Part shown: in pieces, positions 42,142-55,108 of the stretch
Position numbering within the stretch: position 1 is the first letter of the stretch
How the letters are laid out: each line of letters begins with the position of its first letter
Source of the DNA: Eledone cirrhosa
Lineage: Eukaryota
NCBI GenBank assembly: GCA_964016885.1
Contig: OZ024757.1
Span: forward strand, 11,408,001 to 11,472,000
Direction of reading: 5' to 3'
DNA: 64,000 bases
Program-made: the position numbers and the translations under genes
Notes under the pieces: generated by a model
The model's database searches: none
What the model saw: the letters and a program-made list of their open reading frames with translations, nothing else
Told to the model about the DNA's origin: nothing

Positions 42142-45100
42142 CATCATCATCCTCCTCCTCATCATCATCATCATCGTTTAACGTCCATCTTCCACGCTTG
42201 CATGGGTTTGGACGGGAGTTTTCCCACTTGAGGCAAGATTGGTTGTCTTGCTCGCATAGGACTGTCTGGCCGGTTTTCTACGGCTGGATGCCCTTCCTAA
42301 CACCAACCACATTTACAGTGTGGAACAGGGAGGTTTTTACCGTGTTACCTACACGGCCACATTACAGCGTGGACTGTGTGTTTTTTTGTCGTGACACCTA
42401 CATGACTTCATTTGTTTCGGACTGGATGTTGTGGTACCAACATAACTTTACATTGAAAGGGGCGGTGTGGGTGGGGTGGAGGTAGTGGGACGGGGTGTAT
42501 TTTGTTAGAGGTGCCTACTGACTGTAGGTTTCGCTTTGTACTTAGGCAAGGCGGGTCTTCTGTATGACTGGGTATCGCCAAAGATCTCGGTCCAGTGACA
42601 TTGTCTTGGAGAGGTGTAAGTGTGTGAGGTCGGAATTTATCAAGTCGTCCCAGGTTTTTCTGGGTCTGCCTACTCCGTGGCTACCGTCTATTTTTATTGC
42701 TCTGCACTTTTTTATACAGCTGTCATCTTTCATGCGCATCACGTGACCATACCAACGTAGCCTTCTCTCGAGTAAACAGCATCTGATCCCTCTTATTTCT
42801 AATTTTTCCCTTAGTTCGTTTATGCTTTGCCGTTCACGTATATTACTATTACACATCTAGCGGAGCATGCAAGCTTCGTTCCTCTCCAGTCTGCGTATAT
42901 CCTCTGCACACAATGCCCAGGTCTCACTGCCATGCAACATTGCTGTTCGTATGCAGGCATCATACAGCCTGCCTTTCATTTTTAGGGAAAACCCTTTAGC
43001 GGCTAATAGTGGTATAAGCTCTCTGAACTTTTTCCATCCAGTTCTGACTCTAGCTACTGTACTTTCAGAGCACCCCCCCCCCCCTGCTGATTTTGTCATC
43101 CAGGTAACGGAAGCTGTCCACTATTTCTATAGAACCATCTGTGCAATGAAATGAGCTAGTATTCTATTGGCACTTGCTTCTACTTATTGCACCAGAGCAC
43201 CGGCCACATATAAAATCTATGTTCTTAGTTAGCTTACCTGTGATCCCACTACATCTTTTATGCACCCATACTTTGCATTTGGGACATAAAATGTAGTTTC
43301 TGCCTGCTGCACTCCTACACACTGAGCATGGCTATTTCCCAGATGGGACCGGTGCCCTATTTTCCTTCATACAAACTAGAACTTTATTCTTAGGCAGGTT
43401 AATTTTAAGGCCTTTTGATCCTTGACCATGCTTCCATGTTTGGAATTTCTTCTCTAGTTCGGCCATTGATTCAGCTATGAGCATTAGATCATCTGCGTAT
43501 AGGAGTTCCCATGGGCAGCCGGTCTTGAACTCCACTGTTATATCCTGAAGGGCAATAATAAATAGTAGGGGGCTAAGAACAGAGCCCTGATGAACACCAA
43601 CTTTTACGCCAAACTCTTCACTATATTCGTTGTTAATTCTAACCTTGCTGACTGTTTCTTTATACATGGCTTGTATAGCTCTCACAAGCCATTCATCAAC
43701 ACCCAGTTTTCTAAGAGCCCACCAGATAATGGAACAGGGGACTCTGTCGAAGGCTTTATCCAAGTCGACAAAAGCTAAGTATAGGGGTTTACTTTTAGCT
43801 AGGTACTTCTCCTGTAGTTGTCGTACAATGAAAAGAGCGTCTGTGGTACTTTTACCCGACACAAACCCGAACTGCATTTCATCTAGATCAATTCTCTCTC
43901 TGATTAGTTGCGATATTACTTTGTCTGTGACCTTCATGATCTGGTCGATTAATTTAATGCCTCTATAGTTACTCCTATCTAGTGCATCTCCTTTACCCTT
44001 GTAGCAGTTAATGATGATGCTGCTACGCCAGTCCTTCGGAACGACCCCATTCTGTATGACTTGGTTTACTATCCGGGTGACCATGGTGTGTCCCACCGTT
44101 CCAGAAGCTTTCAGCCTTTTAGCAACTATTTCCGAAGGCCCAGCCGCCTTACCCGTCTTCATATCTTTGATTGCCTTGCTTATTATACTACCTTCAACTT
44201 GCACTGCTGGTCCCTCTATTGGGTCGATGTGGGGGAGACTGTCTTTCTCCCATTTATTCTCCTCATTTAGTAGCCTTTCGTAGTGACACTTCCACGCTAC
44301 CTTCTTATCAGCGTCAGTGATGGCAAGTACACCATCATCATCAAGGACACACTTCTCCCCGACAATATCAAGGTTTTCCTTGACACATTGCCTAGCAATC
44401 CTGAACACCTCACGTTTTTGGTCCTCGCGTTGTAGAACATGCTTGAACTTTCTTTCCTCTGCTTCCCTTCTTGCGAAGTACACTTGTCTCCTAGCTTCCC
44501 TCCTGGCCACTTGATAGTCTTCTCTACTTCCCCCATCCCGCCATACTTTCCAAGCCTGCTTTTTGGCCTTAATTGACTCCTCCACCTTACTGTTCCACCA
44601 CCATGTTATTCTCCTCATGCCTATAGGTCTGCTCCAGCCACAGGTTTCATCTGTGGCCTTCAGCAGGTTTGCTTTCAGGAATTCCCACTGTTCCTCTATA
44701 TTGTACGAATCTAAATGCTCTTCCTTACTGTCGAAAGCATCCAGTAATATGCTTTTAAATTTATTTCTGGCTGTGGGGTCCTTTAGCTTCCATATTTTTC
44801 TCCTGAGGGTATTCCTCTTCTGCTGTCGAGTACGTCTCGTCCTGACTATGAGGTCGCTAACTTTGAGTCTATGTTGGGAGGTGCATTCTTCATGGGGGAG
44901 GGATTTAGTGTTTACAACAGACACTCTGTCACGTTTTCTGGTAAGGATATAATCTACCTGTCTGGTATGTTCCCCTGATCTGTAGGTGATCAAGTGATTG
45001 TCTCGTTTTTTGAAGCTAGTGTTACAGATAGTTAGGTTATTTGTGTCACAGAATTCCAGGATTCTGGAGCCTTCCTCATTTCTAGTACCAAACCCATAGC

Positions 45101-45730
45101 CTCCGTGGATTCCGTCATAACCGTCACAATGTTGTCCAACGTGACCATTTAGGTCGCCAGCAATAATTATATAGTCACTGTCGGTTATTTGGGAGGTAGT
45201 GAGCATCAGTGTCTCATAGAATCTGTCTTTTATAGCGCCGGGCAGTCCGGATTGGGGTGCGTACGCAGATATTACTGTCACAGTAGTTCTATTTAGAACA
45301 AGTCTTATTTTAATTATTCTGTCATTCACTCTATTTACGTCTATTACCTTATCCACCCATTTTTCTGCTAACATAATTCCTAACCCACCCAGCCCATTGT
45401 CATTTCCCACCCAGAAAAGCTTATAGCATCGTTTTTTACCCACAATGAATCTAGCAGACCCGCCCCTCCATCTGGTCTCTTGGATACAGCAAACATCAAC
45501 CTCCTTACGATTAAGCATTTCTACAACCTCGTTAGAGCGGCCTTTTAAGGTGCCTACATTCATGGTACCAACTCTGAAGTTTTGGATTGAGTTTGGTGGG
45601 TGAGGCGTAGGGAGGGGTGAGGGGGATGGGGTTGGGGTTATGTTGGCCATCCGCGGCCGCACCAAAGAGGAGGAGGCCTTGCCCTTTCGTCCGGCAGCAT
45701 GAGGTGAATTTGTCGTTATCTTTGGCATTT
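42142..45730 (-). mobile_element. Near-full-length, young RTE-clade LINE
   Basis: Single APE+RT frame, 3'UTR with subrepeats, (GAT)n tail at 42142-42175. Confidence 0.95.
43332..45728 (-). CDS. LINE ORF: apurinic endonuclease + reverse transcriptase, prematurely stopped
   Basis: GTMNVGTL, IQETRW, ISAYAPQ, GDLNGHVG, QVDYIL and QHRL (APE); EMQFGF, AFVDLDKAFDRV, GVHQGSVLSPLLF and LLYADDL (RT). Likely start MPKITT at 45728. Homology continues past the stop to 42542. Confidence 0.92.
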   Translation of the reverse strand: MPKITTNSPHAAGRKGKASSSLVRPRMANITPTPSPSPLPTPHPPNSIQNFRVGTMNVGTLKGRSNEVVEMLNRKEVDVCCIQETRWRGGSARFIVGKKRCYKLFWVGNDNGLGGLGIMLAEKWVDKVIDVNRVNDRIIKIRLVLNRTTVTVISAYAPQSGLPGAIKDRFYETLMLTTSQITDSDYIIIAGDLNGHVGQHCDGYDGIHGGYGFGTRNEEGSRILEFCDTNNLTICNTSFKKRDNHLITYRSGEHTRQVDYILTRKRDRVSVVNTKSLPHEECTSQHRLKVSDLIVRTRRTRQQKRNTLRRKIWKLKDPTARNKFKSILLDAFDSKEEHLDSYNIEEQWEFLKANLLKATDETCGWSRPIGMRRITWWWNSKVEESIKAKKQAWKVWRDGGSREDYQVARREARRQVYFARREAEERKFKHVLQREDQKREVFRIARQCVKENLDIVGEKCVLDDDGVLAITDADKKVAWKCHYERLLNEENKWEKDSLPHIDPIEGPAVQVEGSIISKAIKDMKTGKAAGPSEIVAKRLKASGTVGHTMVTRIVNQVIQNGVVPKDWRSSIIINCYKGKGDALDRSNYRGIKLIDQIMKVTDKVISQLIRERIDLDEMQFGFVSGKSTTDALFIVRQLQEKYLAKSKPLYLAFVDLDKAFDRVPCSIIWWALRKLGVDEWLVRAIQAMYKETVSKVRINNEYSEEFGVKVGVHQGSVLSPLLFIIALQDITVEFKTGCPWELLYADDLMLIAESMAELEKKFQTWKHGQGSKGLKINLPKNKVLVCMKENRAPVPSGK

Positions 45731-46242
45731 GTCTTCGTGTGTCCAGATTCTTCAGATTCTCCAGAAATTCCTTAGTCCATCCATCATATCTAAAGCACCC
45801 AGAAGTGATAGCATAGGCCGTTGACTTGTGATTGGTCCAAATAATAAAGGTGGAGAGTGGGAGGGGTATGGGGTAGTTAGCGAGGAGATATACAGATATA
45901 TGGATGAATGAACCGAAGGGTGGGCAGGCAAGAAGAAATGGTATTTTTACAATACATTTCGTAGAAGTTCGTAGAAGTGGACTGACCATTAATAAGAGTT
46001 GACAAATTCTGATATATATTATTATCATTATTATTCTTTATTAGGTCAGGTGGATTGGCCAGAACAATTCTACACTTCTCTTTTAGATGTCATGATCTTC
46101 CATGGCATTCCTGAGATCATTAATCTCCAGCTGGACATCCAGAGACATCTGATCTATGTAGGTCAATCTCAGTCATCCCACTAGGGTCTTACAATGTTTA
46201 GGTATCCACCACAGGAGCCAGCTTATCAGGTTATCCTACCCT

Positions 46243-46287
<45 letters not shown>

Positions 46288-46339
46288 GACAGACACACAT
46301 ATATGTATTTATTTTCTTCTTTCCAGAGTGTGTCTGTAT

Positions 46340-46620
46340 ATTTGTGTGTTTCACATTTCACAGTGATGGGGTTTATCACTAGTGTTGACTACATTTGTGA
46401 ACAACCAGCGAAAAATTCCATGTGAAAGATTTCTCACATATTTCACAGTGGAAGGGTTTTTCTCCAGTGTGTATTTTCCCATGTGAGGATAGTTTCAGTC
46501 TTGAAGAGAAAGTTTTCCTACAAATCTCACAGCTATATTCAGACATATTTCTAGCTAGAGATCTTTACATAAAGGATTCTCACCACTTCTACTCATACAT
46601 TAAGATATTTAGGTATGGTT
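46340..46620 (-). pseudogene. C2H2 ZNF copy Z6 (internally deleted paralog of Z8)
   Basis: [39 protein letters not shown]. 46310-47480 is collinear with 54360-55790 minus ~490 bp of fingers. Confidence 0.85.
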
Positions 46621-46775
46621 AATAGATGCTATGTAGTCTAATATACAGTGACCATAAAAAACTGCAGGACCCCGCTTTCTTCTTCTACAAAGTTGTAATG
46701 TAGCATTTAGTTGGTACAAGTAATAAGACATATGACAGCGTAAGACTGATCTTGGATGAAGAAAAAGCAAGTCCT

Positions 46776-46808
<33 letters not shown>

Positions 46809-48067
46809 GTCATCATCATCATCACTGTTTTACGTCCGTTCTGTTACGTTATGGTCCGTTTTACGTTACGTCTAGCAAAAGTGAGACGGGTTGTCCTGTT
46901 GTGGGCAGTGTCCGGTCAGCTGACCTTGTCTTGCTCATATGGGAACTGATTCTGGTTTGATTTCTACAGCTGGATGCCCTTCCTAACACCAACCTCATTT
47001 ACAGTGAGTGCTGCGTGCTTTATATATATATAGGTGATTATTGTGGAATATACCACTATTATTTTTGTTAAAGTGAGAGAAGCTCTATTCACACTAAAAT
47101 CCTCAGCTCATAAAACAGATGAATAAGCCTTCTATAGTTAAGGTTCTTGTTATTGAAGACAGTTCAGTTGACAAGAGAATTAATATCCCTAATTTCAAAA
47201 AACGAATGTTAATATATATACATATATATATATACACACACATACTGTGTGTACGTATGAGAGAGAGAAATAAATAGACATGTGTGTAGAAATATGTGTG
47301 TACGCGTTGTAATAATCAAGATATTTCACGTTAGATACTAGAAAAGTTCACAATGTGTGTGTGCTGATGGAAAATGAAATAATACGTACTTTAGTTTTCA
47401 AATAAAGTCAAGAAAATTTAGTAAAAACTAATTATTCACTGATTTCTGATTAAAATAACATTTTCCTGTCCTGTAAAATGATCAGATGGCAGAAGTTGGG
47501 CAGCCTGCTGTTTCTTGTTATGTAATTCTACCGGAATCTCTTCGGGAGTCTTCGTGATGTTGGTCGAGGCAGTGTTGATCTGGTTCTCTATCAGTGTGGG
47601 TGAAAATTCCAGTGACGTCCGAGTAGAGACTGTCGTAGTTGAGATGTTGGTGGGCTCGGTTGTTGTAGGCCTCTCTGGTAATAACACAACACTCTTTTCC
47701 TTTGTCCGATGGGAGGTATACAAGGTTCTTAGATCTGAGGTTAACTTAGGGTAGCGAGTTGTGGTCTGGAGAGTTTGTGGTGAGTATGGGTGTGTTTTTG
47801 TAGGATCTCGAGAATAAACTCTCACGGTTAAAACTTAACATGACTAACATCCTACAAAAACACACACATACTCCCCGCAACCTCTCCAGAGGTGAAAGCA
47901 GTGATTCTTTGCTTAAACTTTAATCTGTTCTTATAATATATATATAACCAAGTGAAAAGATATATACATATATCTTTTCACTTGGTTATATATACAGAGA
48001 GAGAAAGAGCCAAATACAACCAAATACAAAGATATATATATATATATCTTTGTATTTGGTTGTTATG

Positions 48068-48102
<35 letters not shown>

Positions 48103-48118
48103 CTTTATATTTGGTTGT

Positions 48119-48206
<88 letters not shown>

Positions 48207-48249
48207 GTTGTTATGACTCTCTCTCTCTCTAGGTATATATACATATAGC

Positions 48250-48684
48250 TAGAGAATAAATTCTGGCTATGGAAACAGCAGTTGGAAGCAAGAGGACTGA
48301 GAGTGAATCTAGCTAAGACAAAAGTGTTGATGAGTAGAAAAGAGGACAAAACCCTGATTCCGTCAGGGAAATGGCCATGTTCGATATGCAGAAAAGGAAC
48401 TGGCATAAATTCTATAAAATGCACACAATGCAGATCCTGGGTACACAAGAGATGTAGCGGGATAGCAGGCAAACTAACAAGTAGGGAGAAATATGTATGC
48501 AGTAGATGTATAGGGAAATTAGACAGCAGATGATAGACACATTTTTCAAATGCAGGAGGGCGCTATAGAAGTGGTGGATAGCTTCCGGTACCTAGGAGAT
48601 CAGATTAGCATGGGAGGAGGGTGTTCTGAAGCCATAGTATCTAGAATAAGGACGGGTTGGAAGAAGTTTAGGGAGCTGCTTCCT
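48250..48684 (+). mobile_element. RTE LINE fragment (post-RT Cys-rich region)
   Basis: GLRVNLAKTKVL...GKWPCSICRKG..IKCTQCRSWVHKRCSG...YVCSRC. Confidence 0.85.
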
Positions 48685-48825
48685 CAGTGTTGAACAAAAA
48701 GGTGACGTGGTTGCCTGAACACTGTACGGCGTAAATCAGTCAGTCCGTTTGTTTACAAACGAACAAAGCGAACATTATAATAAATGTTCGGTAAACTGAT
48801 ACGTGCATATATATATGTGTGCCTG

Positions 48826-48860
<35 letters not shown>

Positions 48861-49093
48861 GCTACTGTACGTCTGTATACATATATGTATGTACGTATAC
48901 ATACATACTTACATTTAAGTAAGTGTCGTAATAAGAGTGAGAAATGAAATTTCGTTTCATTCTATTCCATTTATCGTTTTCGGTGCGCCTGGCCGATTGA
49001 ACTCACTCGATATGCAAATTAGGCTGCTCAGCCGTTAATTTTCATAAGGAAAGTATATACTTTCGAACGTTCAACCATCTGGCAGAAAGGTAC

Positions 49094-49136
49094 ACGGTGC
49101 TGACGATAGCTAACAAACTTGAAACTAGTACATCGT
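49094..49136 (+). ncRNA. Minimal type I hammerhead B1 (helix II mismatch)
   Basis: ACGGTG-CTGACGA-TAGC taacaa ACTT-GAAA-CTAG-TA-CATCGT. Confidence 0.65.
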
Positions 49137-49282
49137 TCCTGTGTCAGTGTTGAACAAAAAGGTGACGTGGTTGCCTGAACACTGTACGCCGTAAATCAGG
49201 CTGTCCGTTTGTTTACAAACAATCAAAGCGAACATTATAATAAATGTTCGGTAATCTGATACGTGCATATATATATGTGTGC

Positions 49283-49360
<78 letters not shown>

Positions 49361-49591
49361 TGCTGTACGTCTGTATACATATATGTATGTACGTATACAT
49401 ACATACTTACATTTAAGTAAGTGCCGTACTAAGAGTGAGAAATGAAATTTCCTTTCATTCTATTCCATTTATCGTTTTCGGTGCGCCTGGCCGACTGAAC
49501 TCACTCGATATGCAAATTAGGCTGCTCAGCCGTTAATTTTCATAAGGAAAGTATATACTTTCGAACGTTCAACCATCTGGCAGAAAGCTAT

Positions 49592-49634
49592 ACGGTGCTG
49601 ACGATAGCTAACAAGCTTGAAACTAGTACATCGT
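49592..49634 (+). ncRNA. Minimal type I hammerhead B2
   Basis: Helix I ACGGTG/CATCGT; CTGACGA 49598-604; helix II AGC/GCT; GAAA 49619-22; palindromic helix III ACTAGT; predicted GUA cleavage after 49628. Confidence 0.8.
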
Positions 49635-49760
49635 TTCTGTGTCAGTGTTGAACAAAAAGGTACGAACATTATAACAGTTCGGTAAACTGATACGTGCATA
49701 TATATATGTGTGCATGTATGTATATATATATATACGTTCAACCATCTCGCAGAAAGCTAT

Positions 49761-49803
49761 ACGGTGCTGACGATAGCTAACAAGCTTGAAACTAGTACAT
49801 AGT
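49761..49803 (+). ncRNA. Minimal type I hammerhead B3
   Basis: Same motif with one helix I mismatch (CATAGT). Confidence 0.7.
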
Positions 49804-49908
49804 TTCTGTGTCAGTGTTGAACAAAATGTTACGGCGTAAATCAGGCTGTCCGTTTGTTTACAATAAATGTTCGGTAAACTGATACGTACATATATATATG
49901 TGTGCATG

Positions 49909-49965
<57 letters not shown>

Positions 49966-50073
49966 GCTACTGTACGTCTGTATACATATATGTATGTACG
50001 TATACATACATACTTACATGTAAGTAAGTGCCGTACTAAGAGTGAGAAATGAAATTTCCTTTCATTCTATTCC

Positions 50074-50125
<52 letters not shown>

Positions 50126-50389
50126 GGTGGTCATCGATCTGTCCAGTTCGTTTGTCTACCAACATATCAGTAATAAAATTATACATTTTCTATGTATTTT
50201 CTCTAAGGAGAACATGTGTTGCTTCCTGTTATACATAAAACTTTGCATCTTCGAAATATATATAATAAAATAAATAGAGATGATATAAAGTATATATCAT
50301 CCGTTTATTACTAATATTATATATATGTAGTACCAGTAATACACTGGGATAATTGCTGGCCCTGTGCCAAAAGCCGAAACAATTATTAA

Positions 50390-50580
50390 GGAGGTGGATT
50401 GGCAGTATTGGTAGAGGGTCGGACGTAATGCTTTGACGCATAGAGTTACGGCCCTTGCCATTCTGAGTTCAAATCTCGCCGAGATTAAGTTTGCCTTTCA
50501 TGCTTACGGGGTCGATAAAATAAAGTACCAGTAATACACTGGGGTAATAGCTGGCCTTGTGCCAAAAGTAGAAACAATTA
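50390..50580 (+). mobile_element. tRNA-derived SINE, preceded by an isolated copy of its 3' tail (50328-50386)
   Basis: A and B boxes and tail as in the other copies. Confidence 0.85.
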
Positions 50581-50858
50581 TATATATATGTGTGTTAGAT
50601 TTTGCCTGCCGCAATGTTCAATTTGTCAAGCTATTTAAACGTATGTTATTACTCTAAGGACCTACCATTGTCGAGTGCTTTGCTAACTCATTCATATCGT
50701 AGGTCGATTTTGCTTGCACACCGCCAAAGATTCGATTTGACTAAGCCTCCAATTATATATATATATAAATATAACTCCGGAAAACCATCGCTGTTGAGTG
50801 CTTCCAATCTATTGTAAAACTCATTCTTTGATTTATTCATTGAACCTTGTTTAACCTT

Positions 50859-50918
<60 letters not shown>

Positions 50919-52939
50919 TATGTCATTATAGTTTATTGTCACGGCAGGAAAACCTTTAATTATAAGTTTACTTGATCATACTAACCTGAGACTTTATTTA
51001 AGCCAGAGGGTGTTGTCTCCCTTAGCACTAATCACTGAATTAATATCCAGTAACGTCTCGTTTTCTTCTAGGTTTAGTTAAGCCTTTATCATTAACGTTA
51101 CTCTATATTTACTATTATATTTTCGCAGTAAACATAATTATTTCACAAAATATTGAATCTATGAGATTTTGAAATTATTTATTTTGGGAACAATACCTTA
51201 ACATCAGCATGAGCGGCCTGTTAGGGCCAGTTAGAACAGAAAATGTAAGAGAATTCTGCCCGGATACGGACGGTTTAAATAAATGATTTAATAAATAACA
51301 GCTTTATTGCAACATAACTGTGTTGTTCTGAGATGATTTCAGTAGAATTTCAAATGGTAGAAGGACAAATATATTCTACATTTACTTTAATATAGATTTA
51401 AACAAAGATGGTAGAATGACAGAATTGTTAGAATTTCAGATAACCTACCATTGCAGTATTTGTCCTCGTTTTTAATATTCTGAGTTCAAATCCCACTGAG
51501 GTAAATTTTATATTTTATTCTTCCTGGCTAGATAAAATATATTATATGTATTACAGTTGATTTAATAAACTTTGCCCTTCCCCCAAAATTGCTGGTCTTG
51601 AGTCTAATTTACAAATAAATAGAGATTTAACAAGTTTGTTGCTTCAAATTTCTCGAAACACTTTTATTTAGTGTGACTAGTGCAGTAAAGTGGCAGTAAT
51701 CGGTAGAGCGCCAGACAACAAGCTTTGCATCATATAGTTTTGTCCTGTTACATTCTGAGTTCAAATCATGTGGAGGGTAGCTTTCCCTATCATCCATACA
51801 GGGTTGATAAAATAAAGTACCAGTAATGTACTGAGGTTGATTTAACTTTCCTCACCTCCAATATTATTGGGCCTGTTCCTACATCAAATACCATTATTTA
51901 CTGTGTCTAACAACACTCAGTAACCTATACTATCACTACCCCAATGATACCAACCAAGACAGTGTCTCAAAATTCTCTCTGGCCTGCAGAAACCCAGGTA
52001 CCAGTTGCCTCATACTTCTGGCTAAGGAAAGAATGGAGAAAGGGTTAACCTGGAAGATAGTGAGGGAGATGTGTTGAAGTAGCCATTAAAACATCTGGGG
52101 CCTTACAAGTTTTAAAAACAACAAAGTCCAATAGAATTTTTAAACATATCAAATACCAATGAAGTGTTTGTGTTTGATTTATTCTAACAACTTTCAAGAT
52201 ATCATTACATATGGTGTTCTTAACAGATATTTAGATGGGAAAATAACAAAAATATGGAATCACAGACTCAAATGTAACTCTTTACTTAACAAAAATAGAT
52301 TGAATTTCAGGAGATAAATATAATTTATTTGGTATATTATGAAAAACTGATAAATAATTTACTCAAAAAAGAAAGATTAAAACCAGGAAAAGACATATAC
52401 ATTGCATCAATCACACATCACAAGATGGAATGTTGGTGTTGACCTCTAGTATTTCAGAGACAAGACACATCATTACCTCAGATGATAGAGGGTCCCTCAA
52501 TTACACACCACAACAGGGACTGTTGGTGTTGACCTCTAACATATCTGAGACAAGACACAGCATTAGTTCAGGTGATAGAGACAAGACACATCATTACCTC
52601 AGATGATAGAGAGTCCCTCAATTACACACCACAACAGGGAATGTTGGTGTTAACCTCTAACATATCTGAGACAAGACACATTATTACCTTAAATGATAGA
52701 GGGTCCCTCAATTACACATTACAACAGGGAATTTTGGCTGTTACAAACAAATAAAAAAAACCAAAGAATTTTGCAATTATATCATTAAAAATGAATTTAG
52801 GAAAACAAAAATTAGACATGCAAAGGATTTTGATTCCAGTTAAAAACATATTTAAGAAATGGAGTCTGTAGAACTGTTATGGTTACATTTTTGATGTTGG
52901 TGGACAATAAGTTTAGGCTGGTAAAAGGAAGGGTATCTC

Positions 52940-53180
52940 AGGGTTCACAGTTAAATAGTTTTATCCCCAGTGTGTGTTTCTAAGTTACTGTTAGTCACAA
53001 AATATTTCCCACATATTTCACTGGGGAAGGTCCTTTTTCTGCAGTCTGAATATGTGGTCAACATGAGTAGAATTCTAAATAAAAGATGTCCAACATGTTT
53101 CACACTGGAAGTTTCTTTCCTCCAGGCTGAAGACATATATGTTTATTAAGTACAAAACTATCTGTAAAAGATTTCTCACA
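52940..53180 (-). pseudogene. ZNF copy Z7: terminal fingers only
   Basis: Reverse complement of ~31990-32280, joined at 53180 to sequence homologous to 6478-6564. The 3'-flank minisatellite lies at 52420-52740. Confidence 0.8.
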
Positions 53181-54389
53181 GGAAATGAAATATTTAATCA
53201 TGTAGGAACACCTACCTTGATACATGTAGCTCACCCTATGTTATCTACAAAATATTAACTTTCACTTTAACATGAGATAATTACTACATAAAATATAATT
53301 AGATTAATTAAAGTTATAATTAAGATGGCAGGTACATGGTGTCGTTGACAGTGTTCCATTTTCCGGATGGTGACATGACTTAAAACTCCCCTACATAATT
53401 TAATACATTCAGAAACAACTTCAGTTATATTAATTCACATGTTCAATCAATATGTTAGTTCTTTATTCAGATTTGTGTAAATAACATTCAGAATTTCATA
53501 TAACTGTTCATATTAAACCAAAATACATTATTAAAGGTAATAAAATATTTAAGAAATGGAAATGAAAAGAAGGAAAACGAAAACGAATCAAGCAACGAAA
53601 ACAATGGGGGAGGGGGAGGGACAGACACTATATTCCAGTCTGAGCTGTGATTCAGCTCCACCCTACAGACAAAATGACAACGGTGTTACGACAAAGAATA
53701 GCCAGAGACACCCACTGCAACATCCACCCCACCTCATGGGACTCCTTCCACAAGTGAGCTGTTGTCTTTCTAATTTTGAGAAGGAAATCAGCAGTGTGGG
53801 GACAGAGAGGAAGTGGTTGGTTAGGCAGCACAGCAGAAATTGAGAGGAAGAGTGCTACTGTTATAAACCGTTTCCAGTCACAGGAAGGATCTATAGATGT
53901 GGTTGATAGCTTCTGCTATCTAGGTGACCTCTCAAAGGTGATGACGCAGAACAGAGCCCTCTGGCATCATGCAGTAATACAGAAGACCTAACTTCACACG
54001 GCTACAAGCCGAAGCTGAAGCATATAGATAAATAAGTCCCCATCCCCACCCACTGCAAAGTGGTTGACAAAATATCACCCAGCCCACATTGTAAAGTGGT
54101 TGTGTAGACACCATGGTAAAAAAAGCACCTAGCACTCACAGTAAATGAGGTTTTGTGTTAGGAAGGACATCAAGCTGTAGATATCAAGCCAAAATCCGTT
54201 CCCATATGAGCAAGACAAGGTCACTGAACCTGGCATTGCCCACAACAGGACAACCCGTCTACCTTATGCTAGCATGGAAGAATGGACGTAAAACGGTGAT
54301 GATGATGATGATGATGAGAAGTATAAGATAAGGATTTTTCAAGCTTCACATTGTATATTCTTCCTTCCAGAGTGTGTCTGTATACTTGT

Positions 54390-55108
<719 letters not shown>

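Larger units (their letters stand above)
48685..50078 (+). mobile_element. Hammerhead-bearing tandem array (~460-500-bp monomer); retrozyme-like
   Basis: CAGTGTTGAACAAAA at ~48685, 49144, 49643 and 49812. The later copies are internally deleted. Three hammerheads. Confidence 0.75.

Noticed and set aside
45729-46028. N-terminal 100 aa of the 898-aa ORF
   Set aside because: Begins at a non-ATG start in flanking sequence with no LINE similarity; MPKITT at 45728 or a later Met is more plausible.
47436-47825. 129-aa Thr-rich ORF as a host gene
   Set aside because: No recognisable domain or splice context; runs into the ZNF 5' exon block; probably a repeat fragment.
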